DNA of 64,000 nucleotides from an uncultured Acidobacteriota bacterium (GCA_963720545.1 OY970399.1:3072001-3136000), one strand, 5' to 3'. Counted from the stretch's first letter, positions 28,081 through 40,957 are shown. The notes: generated from the letters alone by a model not told the origin. Numbers and translations are program-made.

Positions 28081-28096
28081 TGCAAGCCGAAGGCCA
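28081..28096 (-). promoter_or_regulatory. sigma54 promoter upstream of the GNAT gene
   Basis: TGGCCTT-CGGC-TTGCA, exact GG-N10-GC with consensus TTGCA. Confidence 0.6.
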
Positions 28097-28108
28097 GCCT
28101 GCGATGTC

Positions 28109-28456
28109 TCAGAAGCGATAGGTGCTGAGCCCCACACGATGGCCGTCGGGATCGTTCACGTAGAGCGTGTAGGAGGTGCGATCGGCGACCTTCACGCCGG
28201 CTTCGTTGAGGCGGCGTTCGGCCTCGGCAAGATCGTCTACGGCGAATGCGAGCAGGTGGCCCGAACCGACGGCGGCACCCGTGCCGCGCACGTCCTTTTC
28301 GAGCATCAGCACAGCGTCGCCTGCGCGCAGCCAGATGGAGCGCAGCACGCCGCCCGGTTCGTCGCGCTTCAGCACCTCGAGGCGGAGGACCCCGGCGTAG
28401 AACGCCGCCGAGCTTTCGACGTCGCGAACGCGCAATGCAATGTGGTGCAGCTGCAT
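28109..28456 (-). CDS. VOC/glyoxalase family protein
   Basis: LHHIALRVRDVE.S..FY, HLLAFAVDD, YVNDPDGH. Confidence 0.85.
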   Translation of the reverse strand: MQLHHIALRVRDVESSAAFYAGVLRLEVLKRDEPGGVLRSIWLRAGDAVLMLEKDVRGTGAAVGSGHLLAFAVDDLAEAERRLNEAGVKVADRTSYTLYVNDPDGHRVGLSTYRF

Positions 28457-28467
28457 GGCCGCGGCCG

Positions 28468-29022
28468 CTAAGCCTGCAACTCGCCGCGCAGCAGGCCCAT
28501 GACCAGCGTGTCCGAGTGCTTGCCGTCGTGGAACCGGTCCTGCCGCAGCCGGCCCTCGACCACGAAGCCGAGCTTCTCGTACGAGCGGATGGCGCGCGCG
28601 TTGTCGTCGAACACCCGCAGCCAGACGCGGTTCAGGTTCAGTTCGAGGAAGCCCCAGCTGATGAGCGTGCGCGCGGCGTCGGTGCCGAGCCCCTGGTCCC
28701 AGAGCGTGCGCACGCCGATGAGGATGCCGAACTCGGCGCAACGCGTGCGCCAGGACAGCTCGTGAAAGCCGAGGACGCCGATGGGCCGCCACTCCTTCCT
28801 GCCGACCGGCGCTTCGGCCTCGGCCTGCATTTCGATGATGAAGGGCTGGCAGGCGGGATCGCGCCGCAGCTGCGCCTGGAACCATTCGTTCTCGTGCTCG
28901 AGGCTCAGCGGATAGACGATGAGAAGGCCGTCGCGCACTTCGGGATCGTTGGCCCACGCCGCGGCCATCGGCAGGTCGTCGCGCTCCAGCCGCCGCAGCC
29001 GCGTCCTTTTCCCAAACAGCAT
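28468..29022 (-). CDS. GNAT acetyltransferase, RimJ/RimL-like
   Basis: AEFGILIG..WDQGLG, FLELNLNRVWL..NARAIRSYEKLGF..EG. Confidence 0.9.
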   Translation of the reverse strand: MLFGKRTRLRRLERDDLPMAAAWANDPEVRDGLLIVYPLSLEHENEWFQAQLRRDPACQPFIIEMQAEAEAPVGRKEWRPIGVLGFHELSWRTRCAEFGILIGVRTLWDQGLGTDAARTLISWGFLELNLNRVWLRVFDDNARAIRSYEKLGFVVEGRLRQDRFHDGKHSDTLVMGLLRGELQA

Positions 29023-29054
29023 GGCGTTCCGGCCAGAGCCTACAATGGTGAACC

Positions 29055-29924
29055 ATGTGGGCGCGACAGCGAACCGGCTCCGTCCTTTGCCCGTCGTGCC
29101 GTCAGCTCGTCGGTGTGAACGACGCCGCCTGCCTCAACTGCGGCCGGCGCAACCCCGGCATGATGGGCCTGACGGCCATGCTGCGCGGCGTTGCGGGCCT
29201 GGAGGACAGCCTCGGCCCGATGGTGATGATCGCCTGCGGCATCCTCTACGTAGCGTCGGCCGCCCTCACCAGCACGATTGCCGGAGAGGGCGGCACGTTC
29301 GCCGGTATCGCCGCTCCCAGCAGCCAGGCGCTTGTGATCCTGGGTGCGAGCGGCGCCATCCCGGTCTTCGGCCTCGATCGCTGGTGGACGGTGTTGTCCG
29401 CCGGCTGGCTGCACGGCAGCCTGATCCACATCCTCTTCAACATGATGTCCGCCCGCGTGCTCGTCCCCCTGACCGCGGAGCTCTACGGAGGCGCTCGCAC
29501 CGTCATCATCTATGTGATTGCCTCGGCCTGTGGCTTTGCGGCGAGTTCCCTGGCCGGCGCATACCTCACGTTCCTGCCGCGCATGCTGAGCGGATCGCAC
29601 CTGACGATCGGCGCCTCGGCGGCGCTCTTTGGCCTGATCGGCGCGGCACTCCACTACGGCCGCCGCGGCGGCAGCTCCATGCTGCTTGCGCAGGCGAAGC
29701 AGTGGGCGGTCGGCGGCCTGTTGTTCGGCTTCCTCATGCCCGGCATCGACAACTGGGCCCACCTGGGCGGCCTGGCTGGCGGCTACCTCATGTCGCGCTG
29801 GCTCGATCCACTGATGCCTGAGCAGGGCAACCATGTGCTCGTCGCTTTGGTGCTGCTGGCAGCGAGCGCCGCCGCGATTGCTGCCTCGTTCGTCACGCCC
29901 CTGCCTCGGGGACTGTTTCGCTAG
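29055..29924 (+). CDS. Rhomboid intramembrane serine protease with N-terminal zinc-ribbon
   Basis: CPSC..CLNC; LHGSLIHILFN; GASA; IDNWAHLGG. Confidence 0.9.
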   Translation: MWARQRTGSVLCPSCRQLVGVNDAACLNCGRRNPGMMGLTAMLRGVAGLEDSLGPMVMIACGILYVASAALTSTIAGEGGTFAGIAAPSSQALVILGASGAIPVFGLDRWWTVLSAGWLHGSLIHILFNMMSARVLVPLTAELYGGARTVIIYVIASACGFAASSLAGAYLTFLPRMLSGSHLTIGASAALFGLIGAALHYGRRGGSSMLLAQAKQWAVGGLLFGFLMPGIDNWAHLGGLAGGYLMSRWLDPLMPEQGNHVLVALVLLAASAAAIAASFVTPLPRGLFR

Positions 29925-29933
29925 GCCTGCGCC

Positions 29934-31120
29934 GTGGACGCCCGATACCAGAGCGACCTCAACCGCGACGTGCCGCCCGCCAGCCCCGGCGAGTTCGCGC
30001 CGCTGCGCATCGGGCCGCTTGCCGTCTCGCCGCCGGTGGTGCTGGCGCCGATGGCCGGCGTCACCAACCCGCCGTTCCGCACGCTGTGCCGGCGCTTCGG
30101 CGCGGGACTCTACGTCAGCGAGATGATCACGGCGCGCGCGCTCGTGGAGGGCAACCGCAAGACCATCCTGCTCGCCAGCTTCGACGCGGCCGAGACCACC
30201 CGCAGCCTGCAGCTCTACGGCGTCGATCCGCACTATGTCGGCGAGGCGGTGCGCATCCTGGTGGGCGAGGGCCGCATCGACCACCTCGACATGAACTTCG
30301 GCTGCCCGGTGCGCAAGGTGACGAGCAAGGGCGGCGGCGCCGCCATCCCGGTGAAGCCGCGGCTGCTGCGCAACATCGTGCGCGCCGCGGTGCGCGAATG
30401 CCGGCGCGCGTGCCGGTGACGATCAAGTTCCGCATCGGCATCGACGACGACATCGAGACGTACCTGGATGCCGGCCGCATCGCCGAGGAGGAGGGCTGCA
30501 CGGCGGTGGCGCTGCACGCGCGCACCGCGGCGCAGCTCTACGACGGGGAGGCGCGCTGGGAAGCCATCGCCTTGCTGAAGCAGGCCGTCACGCTCGATCC
30601 CGGTGCTCGGCAACGGCGACATCTGGGAGGCTCAGGACGCGCTGCGCATGATGCGCATCACCGGCTGCGACGGCGTCGTCGTCGGCCGCGGCTGCCTGGG
30701 CCGGCCGTGGCTCTTTCGCGACCTCGCCGACGTGTTCGCCGGCCGCGAGCCGGAGGATCCGCCTGCACTTCGGTGGCGTCGCCGACGGTGATGCTCGAGC
30801 ACGCGCAGCTGCTTGCCGCCTGGCTCGGTGAGGCGCCCGCCATGCGCTCCTTCCGCAAGCACGCCGCCTGGTACACGAAGGGCTTTGCCGGCGGCGCAGC
30901 ACTGCGCGAGCGCCTGATGCGCGTCACCGGCCTGGCCGAACTGCCGGCAATCCTCGCGAGCGTCGATGCCACGCTGCCGTTCCCGCCCGAGGCCATGCGC
31001 GTGAACCGCGGCAAGCGCGGCGGAACGCAGAAGGTCGCGCTGCCCGAGGGCTACCTCGACGAGCGCGACAGCGACGTCCCGCCCGGCGTCGAAGCCGAGC
31101 TCGCCGAATCGGGCGGCTAG
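29934..31120 (+). pseudogene. dusB: tRNA-dihydrouridine synthase B; frameshifted as sequenced, probably read errors
   Basis: LAPMAGVT, DMNFGCPVRKV..GGG, TIKFR, LHART, GNGDIW, GRGCLGRPW spread over alternating frames; five apparent 1-nt insertions. Confidence 0.85.
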
Positions 31121-31125
31121 CTTCG

Positions 31126-31971
31126 TTAGGGTTCCGGCTCGCGGTGCGCCGCGAGCCAGGCGACGCCGACGATCACGAACGTCTCGAAGTAGACGAGCAG
31201 CACGAAGCTCGCCGAGACGTAGAACGGCCCGTGCTCGGCCTGCAGCTGGGCGAACGGCAGCGCACGCTGGTAGCCGGTGCGGACCAGCTCGGCGAGCGGG
31301 CCGGCCATGAGCGCCGCCAGCAAGGCGCGCTTCGTTGGCACTTTGGTGTTGGGCAGGAACTTGTAGAAGAGGAACACGACCACCGCGAGGAAGGCGACAG
31401 CGAGCAGGCGCAACGCGATGGTGTTGCCGCCGCGCAGCAGGAACGACCCCGACATTTGCGGCCCCAGGCGCTGCACTCCGGCAGTCGCCAGCACGAACAG
31501 GATCGCGAGCAACCCGCACACGGCGGTGAGCATGAAGCCGACGGCCTGGTTGCGCCAGTACGGGCGGTGCTCTTTGGCGCCCCAGATTTCGTTGAACGCG
31601 GTCTCGAGCGGGATGAAGACGCCGGCGGCGCCGAGCAGCACCCAGAAGAACGACCAGGGCGGCCACGCCGAACCGTGCGCGTCCACGGTGAGCGACAGGT
31701 TGCGCAGCAGGAAGTCGGGCGCTTCGGGGTAGTAGGTCCAGAGCGTCTGCTCGATGACGCGCTCGACTTCGGAGGAGTGCAGCAAGTAGCGGGCGGTCCA
31801 GAGGAGCAGGGAACAGAAAGGATAGAAGCCGAGCAGCGCGAAGAACGCCAGCGCACCGCAATAGGCGTGGGTTTCGGTGCGGGCGACGAGATACCGCAAG
31901 AGACGCGCAGCGCGCAAAAAGAAGGCGCGCATGCGGCTCACGGGCTTTGGCCGGGTCGCGAGGAGGGTCAT
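31126..31971 (-). CDS. YihY/virulence factor BrkB family membrane protein
   Basis: GALAFFALLGFYP, LETAFNEIW, YKFLPN, GPFY; start uncertain (alternative ATG 31932). Confidence 0.8.
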   Translation of the reverse strand: MTLLATRPKPVSRMRAFFLRAARLLRYLVARTETHAYCGALAFFALLGFYPFCSLLLWTARYLLHSSEVERVIEQTLWTYYPEAPDFLLRNLSLTVDAHGSAWPPWSFFWVLLGAAGVFIPLETAFNEIWGAKEHRPYWRNQAVGFMLTAVCGLLAILFVLATAGVQRLGPQMSGSFLLRGGNTIALRLLAVAFLAVVVFLFYKFLPNTKVPTKRALLAALMAGPLAELVRTGYQRALPFAQLQAEHGPFYVSASFVLLVYFETFVIVGVAWLAAHREPEP

Positions 31972-32072
31972 AAAGGACGAGGCAAAAGCCTCTCACGAAG
32001 CCTTCCGCTTCTCCCGTTCCGGGCGGTCTCCTCAAACTGGACCAAAAAGTACAGATTCGATACAATGGAGCC

Positions 32073-33517
<1,445 letters not shown>

Positions 33518-33525
33518 CAGGCGCC

Positions 33526-34286
<761 letters not shown>

Positions 34287-34290
<4 letters not shown>

Positions 34291-35513
34291 ACCTGCAGGA
34301 GCGCCGCGAGCGGGCCGCGGAACGGTTCCGCGCCAGGGGCTATCCGACGGTGCGCGACGAGGAGTGGCGCTACACCAACCCGGCGCCGCTCACGGGCGAC
34401 TGGGCGCGCGCCAGCACCGAGGCGCCGCGGGTTCCAGAAGATGCGCTCTGCGACGGCTTCGAGTCGAGCCTGCTGGTGTTCGTCAACGGCCGCTTCGACG
34501 CGGAACGCAGTTCCGTGGGCGCGGCCGACGGCGTGCGCATCTCCGGGCTGGCTGAGGCGGTCGATGCCGGGCGCGCCGATGAGTTGGGCACGCTCAGCCA
34601 TCCCGGCCACGCGTTCGCGTCGCTCAACCTCGCGAACGGCGAGGACGGGGCCGTCATCGAGGTGGCGCCGCGTGCGGTGCTGGCCCGGCCGATCCACATC
34701 GCCATGCTCGCGAGCGGCGACGAGGAGCGCAGCGCCAGCCACCCGCGCGTGTTCGTTTCGCTTGGCGCCGGCAGCCGCGCGGCCATCGTCGAATCGTATG
34801 GTGGCGCCGCGCGCAAGCTCTACTGGACGAACGCGGTGACCGAGATCGTGATCGGCGAGGGCGCCGCGATCGACTACACCAAGGTGCAGAACGAGTCGAC
34901 CCGCGCCTACCACACAGCCTCCATCACGGTGCGCCAGGGACGCGACTCGCGCTTCGCCGGCCGCATCATCCACGCGGGCGGCGCCCTCAGCCGCGACGAC
35001 ATCGCGATCAGCCTCGAGGGCGCGGGCGCCGCGTGCGACCTCGCCGGCATGTTCGCGCCGGCCGGCGACCAGCACCACGACACGCACAGCCGCATCGACC
35101 ACGTGGCCGCGCACTGCACGAGCGCCGAGTACTACAAGGGAGTGCTCGCCGACCAGGCGCGCGGCGTGTTCCACGGCCGCATCGTGGTGGGCGCGGGCGC
35201 GCAGAAGACCGACGCGCGGCAGTCGAACAAGAACCTGCTGCTGTCGCGCGGCGCGCTCGTCAACAGCACGCCGCAGCTCGAGATCCTGGCCGACGACGTG
35301 AAGTGCAAGCACGGTTCGACCACCGGGCAGATCGACCCCGCGGCGCTTTTCTACCTGCGCTCGCGCGGCATCGGCGAGGAGGCGGCGAAGCGGCTGCTGG
35401 TGCAGGCGTTCGCGGCGGAGATCGTCGGCCTGGTCCGCCCCGACGTGCGCCGCGCGGTCGCGTCGGTGCTGGCCTCGCGCACCGGCGCGCTGGTGGAGGA
35501 GGTGGTCGCGTGA
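34287..35513 (+). CDS. sufD: Fe-S assembly protein SufD
   Basis: [44 protein letters not shown]. Confidence 0.93.
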
Positions 35514-36781
35514 GCGCCGCCCCCGTCAAGCCGGCGCCGAAGCCGGTGTCGCAGCCCGCCGCCTACGATGTCGCGCGCGTGCGCGCCGACTTTCCGATCC
35601 TCGGCGTGCAGGTCCACGGCAAGCCGCTCGTCTATCTCGACAACGCCGCCTCGGCGCAGAAGCCGTCGGCCGTGATCGAGGCGGAGAAGCGCGTCTACGA
35701 GCAGTATTACGCGAACGTGCACCGCGGCGTGCACACGCTTTCGCAGCGCGCCACCGACGCCTACGAAGCGACCCGCGGCAAGCTGCAGCGCTTCATCAAC
35801 GCCCGCGACAGCCGCGAGATCGTGCTGCTGCGCGGCACCACCGAAGCGATCAACCTGGTGGCGCAGACCTTCGGGCGCAGGAAGGTGAAGCACGGCGACG
35901 AGGTGCTGATCAGCGGGCTCGAGCACCATTCGAACATCGTGCCGTGGCAGATGCTTTGCGAAGAGAGCGGCGCGCGCCTGCGGGTCGCGCCGATCAACGA
36001 CCGCGGCGAGATCGTGCTGGAGGAGCTGGAGCGCCTGCTGCGCTTCCGCACCCGCATCGTCGCCGTCAACCACGTGTCGAACGCGCTCGGCACCGTCAAC
36101 CCGGTGAAGCGCATCGTCGAGATGGCGCACGCGCACGGCGCGGTGGTGCTGGTGGACGGCGCGCAGGCGGTGCCGCACATGCGCGTCGACGTGCGCGCGC
36201 TCGACTGCGACTTCTACGCCTTCTCCGCCCACAAGATGTACGGGCCGTCGGGAATGGGCGCGCTCTACGGCAAGGCGGAGCTGCTGAACGCGATGCCGCC
36301 GTGGCAGGGCGGCGGCGAGATGATCCTGTCGGTCACCTTCGGCAAGACCATCTACAACGAGATCCCGCACAAGTTCGAGGCCGGCACGCCGAACATCGCG
36401 TCCGGCATCGCCTGGGGCGCCGCTGTCGACTACCTCGATAACCTCGGCCTCGATGCGGTCGCCGCGCACGAACACGACCTGCTCGTCTACGGCACCGAAG
36501 CGCTGCAGGCCATCCCCGGCCTGACGCTGGTCGGCACCGCGCGCGACAAGGCCGGCGTGCTGTCCTTCGTCCTCGACGGCATCCATCCGCACGACATCGG
36601 CACCATCCTCGACTACGAGGGCATCGCGGTGCGCACCGGCCATCACTGCGCGCAGCCGGTGATGGACCGCTTCGGCGTGCCGGCGACGGCGCGCGCTTCC
36701 TTCGGCCTCTACAACACCCGCGAGGAAGTGGACGCGCTGGTGCGCGGCATCCACAAGGTCAAGGAAACCTTCGGGCGATGA
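35510..36781 (+). CDS. sufS: Cysteine desulfurase SufS
   Basis: YLDNAASAQKP, NVHRGVH, EHHSN, SAHKMYGP, RTGHHCAQP. Confidence 0.95.
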   Translation: MSAAPVKPAPKPVSQPAAYDVARVRADFPILGVQVHGKPLVYLDNAASAQKPSAVIEAEKRVYEQYYANVHRGVHTLSQRATDAYEATRGKLQRFINARDSREIVLLRGTTEAINLVAQTFGRRKVKHGDEVLISGLEHHSNIVPWQMLCEESGARLRVAPINDRGEIVLEELERLLRFRTRIVAVNHVSNALGTVNPVKRIVEMAHAHGAVVLVDGAQAVPHMRVDVRALDCDFYAFSAHKMYGPSGMGALYGKAELLNAMPPWQGGGEMILSVTFGKTIYNEIPHKFEAGTPNIASGIAWGAAVDYLDNLGLDAVAAHEHDLLVYGTEALQAIPGLTLVGTARDKAGVLSFVLDGIHPHDIGTILDYEGIAVRTGHHCAQPVMDRFGVPATARASFGLYNTREEVDALVRGIHKVKETFGR

Positions 36782-37227
36782 GCGACCTGCGCGAGCTGTA
36801 CCAGGAAGTGATCCTCGACCACACGCGCAAGCCGCGCAACCTGCGCGCGATCGCCGACGCCGACCGCATTGCCGAGGGCTACAACCCGCTGTGCGGCGAC
36901 CGTGCGACGGTCTACCTGCGGATGGACGGCGACCTCATCAAGGACGCGAGCTTCGTGGGCCGCGGCTGCTCCATCTCCACCGCGTCGGCGTCGATGATGA
37001 CCGAGGTGCTCAAGGGCAGGACAACCGCGGAGGCCGAGCGCCTGTTCGGCAAGTTCCACACGCTCGTCACCGAAGGGCCGGGCGCCGCCGATGACCCGGA
37101 GCTCGGCAAGCTCGCGGTGTTCGCCGGCGTCAGCGAGTTTCCGGCGCGGGTGAAGTGCGCTTCGCTCGCGTGGCACACGATGAAGAACGCGCTGCACGGC
37201 GCAGCCGAGACGGTTTCGACGGAGTAA
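36778..37227 (+). CDS. sufU: SUF system NifU-family protein SufU
   Basis: LYQEVILDH, NPLCGD, GCSISTASAS, PARVKCA. Confidence 0.93.
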   Translation: MSDLRELYQEVILDHTRKPRNLRAIADADRIAEGYNPLCGDRATVYLRMDGDLIKDASFVGRGCSISTASASMMTEVLKGRTTAEAERLFGKFHTLVTEGPGAADDPELGKLAVFAGVSEFPARVKCASLAWHTMKNALHGAAETVSTE

Positions 37228-37235
37228 CGAAGATC

Positions 37236-37775
37236 ATGAGAGAAGCCAGGACGCTCGCGCGCGCGATCGAGGTGACCGCCATTCCCTACGGCGAGCGCAT
37301 CCCGATGCAGGCGGGCACCACGCTCTACATCACCCAGTCGCTCGGCGGTTCGTTCACCGCCGTCACCGACATGGGCTACATGGTGCGCATCGACGGCAAG
37401 GACGCGGACGCCATCGGCGAGCAACTGGCCGCCGGCCCGTCGGCCGCCGACCTCGAGAGCAAGCCGCTCGACGAGCTCGTCTGGGACCAGCTGAAGAGCT
37501 GCTACGACCCGGAGATCCCGGTCAACATCGTCGAGCTGGGCCTCGTCTATTCCTCGACCGTCACCCCGCTCGACGGCGGCGGCAACAAGGTCGCGGTCAC
37601 GTTTTCGCTGACGGCGCCCGGCTGCGGCATGGGCGACGTGCTGCGCACCGAGATCCAGTCGAAGATCCAGGCCCTGCCCGGCGTCGAGGAGACGGACGTG
37701 CAGATCGCGTTCGATCCGCCGTGGGACCAGAGCCGCATGTCCGACGCGGCGCGCCTGCAGCTGGGGCTCATGTGA
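37236..37775 (+). CDS. sufT: Fe-S assembly protein SufT
   Basis: ITQSLGGSFT..RIDGKDADAIG, CYDPEIPVNIVELGL, TAPGCGMG, FDPPW. Confidence 0.9.
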   Translation: MREARTLARAIEVTAIPYGERIPMQAGTTLYITQSLGGSFTAVTDMGYMVRIDGKDADAIGEQLAAGPSAADLESKPLDELVWDQLKSCYDPEIPVNIVELGLVYSSTVTPLDGGGNKVAVTFSLTAPGCGMGDVLRTEIQSKIQALPGVEETDVQIAFDPPWDQSRMSDAARLQLGLM

Positions 37776-38257
37776 AGCTCAGCAGCCAGGAGGAGTACGG
37801 TCTGCGCTGCCTGCTGCAGGTGGCGCGCCGTCCGGCGGGGCAGAGCATTGCGCTCAACGAGCTGAGCCAGCTCGAGGGCCTGAGTCTCGCCAACACCGCC
37901 AAGATCCTGCGCCTGCTGCGCCGCAAGGGCTTCGTGCAGAGCACCCGCGGCCAGGCCGGCGGTTACGCGCTCACCCGCCCGGCCGCGGAGATCGGCGTGG
38001 GCGCGGTGATGACTGCGCTCGGCGGCCGCATCTACGACGAACGTTTCTGCGACCAGCATTCCGGCGTCGCGGCGCAGTGCGCCCACAAGAGCGACTGCTC
38101 GATCCGTCCGGTGCTGCGCCGCCTGCAGGGCGCCCTCGACTCGGTCCTCGGCGCCATGACTCTGGCCGATCTCCTGTGCCCGGAGAGCAGCGTCCGCCTG
38201 CCGCACGAGGGTATGCGCGCGCTGCGCATCGCCCCGGCGGCGCCCGTCTCCGGCTAG
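37772..38257 (+). CDS. Rrf2 family transcriptional regulator with three Cys
   Basis: EYGLRCLL, STRGQAGGY.L, C-x8-C-x5-C. Confidence 0.9.
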   Translation: MKLSSQEEYGLRCLLQVARRPAGQSIALNELSQLEGLSLANTAKILRLLRRKGFVQSTRGQAGGYALTRPAAEIGVGAVMTALGGRIYDERFCDQHSGVAAQCAHKSDCSIRPVLRRLQGALDSVLGAMTLADLLCPESSVRLPHEGMRALRIAPAAPVSG

Positions 38258-39165
38258 GCCTTCTTCTTCCGTTTGTAGGTGCCGTTGAAGGCCACCGTCC
38301 AGGTCTTGCCGCCGTCCGTCGATTGCTCGACGTACTGGCGCACCTGGTCTGGGCCTTCGCTCCAGAACGTCATGCGGCCGATGGCCGGCGGGCCACCCGG
38401 AGTGCCGGCGTTGTCGTTCAGATAGACCATCTTGCCGTCCTTGAACTCGCCTTCGTAGTGCGACACGCCGCCCTTGTTGTCCACCCAGAACTGCCGCCAC
38501 TTCTTCGCGGCAGTGTCGTAGACGTTCAGGCTTCGGCCAGCGTACGGGCCGTTCTCGTAGTACTCCGCGATGATGCAGCGGTCCTCGACGAGTTCGATGC
38601 GGCTGGTCGCCGGCACGGTCATCCCCGGCACCTGCACGTCCCACTCGCCGATCCAGAAGTCGAACTGCCGCGATTCCGGCTGGTACGCACACGGATGCAC
38701 GTTGCGGGCGATCCCTTCGGTCAGGGCCTGCCACTTCGCATCCTTGCGCAGGTTCGCGAATGCGGTTTCGGCGTCGAGGGTCGCCTGCAGCTGGAAGCCG
38801 CCGGCCACCGCCTGGTCGAGTGCCTTGAAGGCATCGTCCGTCCGGCCATTGGTGGCGTAGGCGCGCGCGCGATGGAAGGCCACCTGCACCGGCGGCGCAC
38901 CCTGAGTCTCGGCGACCTTCAGTTCCGCGAGGCCGGCGTCGACCTGGCCCGCACCGATCAGCGACGCGCCGTAGCGGACACGGAGCATCGTGTCGGCCGG
39001 CTCCGCCTTGGCCAGCGGCGCGAACGCCGCCGCTGCCGCCTGCCACTCGCGCGCCTGGTAGAGGGCCTCGGCGCGCTCGCGCGGTGTTGCCGTCGCAACC
39101 GCGTGCCCGGTCCCGGCGGCGAGGGCCAGCATGGCGAACACGGGCAGGGCGGTGCGAAAAACCAT
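38254..39165 (-). CDS. Secreted TPR-like protein with a C-terminal QFDFWIGEW (DUF1579-like) domain
   Basis: GGAGG RBS, signal peptide, helical N-terminal half, WRQFWVDN, STDGGKTW. Confidence 0.7.
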   Translation of the reverse strand: MVFRTALPVFAMLALAAGTGHAVATATPRERAEALYQAREWQAAAAAFAPLAKAEPADTMLRVRYGASLIGAGQVDAGLAELKVAETQGAPPVQVAFHRARAYATNGRTDDAFKALDQAVAGGFQLQATLDAETAFANLRKDAKWQALTEGIARNVHPCAYQPESRQFDFWIGEWDVQVPGMTVPATSRIELVEDRCIIAEYYENGPYAGRSLNVYDTAAKKWRQFWVDNKGGVSHYEGEFKDGKMVYLNDNAGTPGGPPAIGRMTFWSEGPDQVRQYVEQSTDGGKTWTVAFNGTYKRKKKA

Positions 39166-39301
39166 GGTCTTCCTCCATCGGCCCGCGGCTGCGGACCAGC
39201 TACTGACGATGGCGAGAGTCTCGCGCACGATTGGACCATCGAGAAGATCCAATGTAGCGCAGTTCGAGGGTGCCATTTTTGGCGGTACCATTTGCTTGAA
39301 C

Positions 39302-40786
39302 ATGGCACGGCCTTCGCCGCCGCTTTTTTCCGCGCTGACGCTCGACCGCGGCCGCCCGCAGGCGTTGCACCGCCAGCTCTATGACGAACTGCGCGCCGCC
39401 ATCCTCGGCAAGCGCCTGCCGGCGGGCACGCGGCTGCCGGCGACGCGCACGCTGGCGCGCGAGCTGTCGGTCTCGCGCAACACCGTGCTGGAAGCGTACG
39501 AGCAGCTGCTCGCCGAGGGCTACCTGCGCGGCCGCGTCGGCGCGGGCACCTTCGTCGACCCGGCGATAGCGCCAGCGCGGCCTGTGGATGCGCTTGCGCA
39601 GCCCAAAGACGAAGACACGCCGGCACGCGTCTCGCGCCGATCACGCGACGCCGCGGCGGCGGTGAGCGGGCTCGACCCACGCCTGCCGCTGGCACCCGGC
39701 GTACCGTACTTCGACGGCTTTCCGCTCGCCGCCTGGGCGCGGCTGGCAGCGCGCCGCATGCGCGATGCCTCGCTGCGCCAGCTCAACTACGGGGAACCCG
39801 CGGGCGAGCCGCGGCTGCGCGCCGCCATCGCCGCGCACCTGGCTGCCGCGCGCGGCGTGCGCTGTGCCGCGGACCAGGTGGTGCTGGTCGCGGGTGCGCA
39901 GCAGGGGATCGACCTGGTGGCACGCCTGCTGCTCGATGCCGGCGAATCGGCGTGGCTCGAGGATCCCGGCTATCTCGGCGCGCGCGCCGTGTTTGCCGCG
40001 ACCGGCGTGCGGGTGGCGCCGGTGCCGGTTGACGACAACGGCCTGGTGGTCGCGGCCGGGGTGCGGCGCGCACCGCGCGCGCGCCTCGCGTACGTGACGC
40101 CGTCTCACCAGTTCCCGACCGGCACCACCATGTCGCTGCCGCGCCGCCTCGAGCTTCTCGCCTGGGCGAGAGGGGCGTCGGCCTACGTGATCGAGGACGA
40201 CTACGACAGCGAGTTTCGCTTCGGCGGCCGCTCGCTGCCCGCGCTGCAGGGCCTCGACACCGCCGGGCGCGTGATCTACCTCGGCACCTTCAGCAAGGTG
40301 CTGTTCCCGTCGCTGCGCTGCGCGTACCTCGTGATGCCGCGCAGCCTGCTCGGCGCCATGATCGGCCTGAAGGGCGCCCTCGACTCCGCGGCGCCGCTCA
40401 TCGACCATGCCGTGCTCGCCGACTTCATCGCGGCCGGCCACTTCAGCCGCCACATCCGGCGGGCGCGCGCGCACTATGCCCGGCGGCGCGAGGCGTTTCA
40501 TCGCGCCGTCGCCGAGCGGTTCGGCGATACCGTGCGGCTCGGTGCCGTGTCCGGCCTGCACACCGTGCTGTGGCTGCCGCGCGGGCTCGACGACCGCGAT
40601 GTCGCCGCGCGGCTGCGCGCCAGGGGAGTCGGCACGGCACCGCTCTCGGCATTCGCGCTCCGCCGCCGGCTGCCGCCCGGACTCGTGGTCGGCCAGGCGA
40701 ACGCGTCTCCCGCGCAGATGACGGTGGCGCTCGCGGCACTGGAATCGGTGCTGCAATCGGCGGCGCGCAAGGCGCGGCGCGCCTAG
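39302..40786 (+). CDS. MocR/GabR-type GntR regulator with PLP-dependent aminotransferase domain
   Basis: LPATRTLARELSVSRNTV, EDPGY, TPSHQFPTG, IEDDYDSEF, GTFSK. Confidence 0.93.
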   Translation: MARPSPPLFSALTLDRGRPQALHRQLYDELRAAILGKRLPAGTRLPATRTLARELSVSRNTVLEAYEQLLAEGYLRGRVGAGTFVDPAIAPARPVDALAQPKDEDTPARVSRRSRDAAAAVSGLDPRLPLAPGVPYFDGFPLAAWARLAARRMRDASLRQLNYGEPAGEPRLRAAIAAHLAAARGVRCAADQVVLVAGAQQGIDLVARLLLDAGESAWLEDPGYLGARAVFAATGVRVAPVPVDDNGLVVAAGVRRAPRARLAYVTPSHQFPTGTTMSLPRRLELLAWARGASAYVIEDDYDSEFRFGGRSLPALQGLDTAGRVIYLGTFSKVLFPSLRCAYLVMPRSLLGAMIGLKGALDSAAPLIDHAVLADFIAAGHFSRHIRRARAHYARRREAFHRAVAERFGDTVRLGAVSGLHTVLWLPRGLDDRDVAARLRARGVGTAPLSAFALRRRLPPGLVVGQANASPAQMTVALAALESVLQSAARKARRA

Positions 40787-40957
40787 AAAAAATGGCGACC
40801 GGCCCAGTGCTCAGGATCACCGAACCGGCCGCCGCACGATCAAGATGTTGTGTCGTAGTGTATGGGATGGACCGAGTCTCGTCAACGTTTGTTGCGCACC
40901 CCAGGTAATTCGCACAACGTCGGCGAAGGCCCGGGCATGATCAGGAGATTCCCTTAA

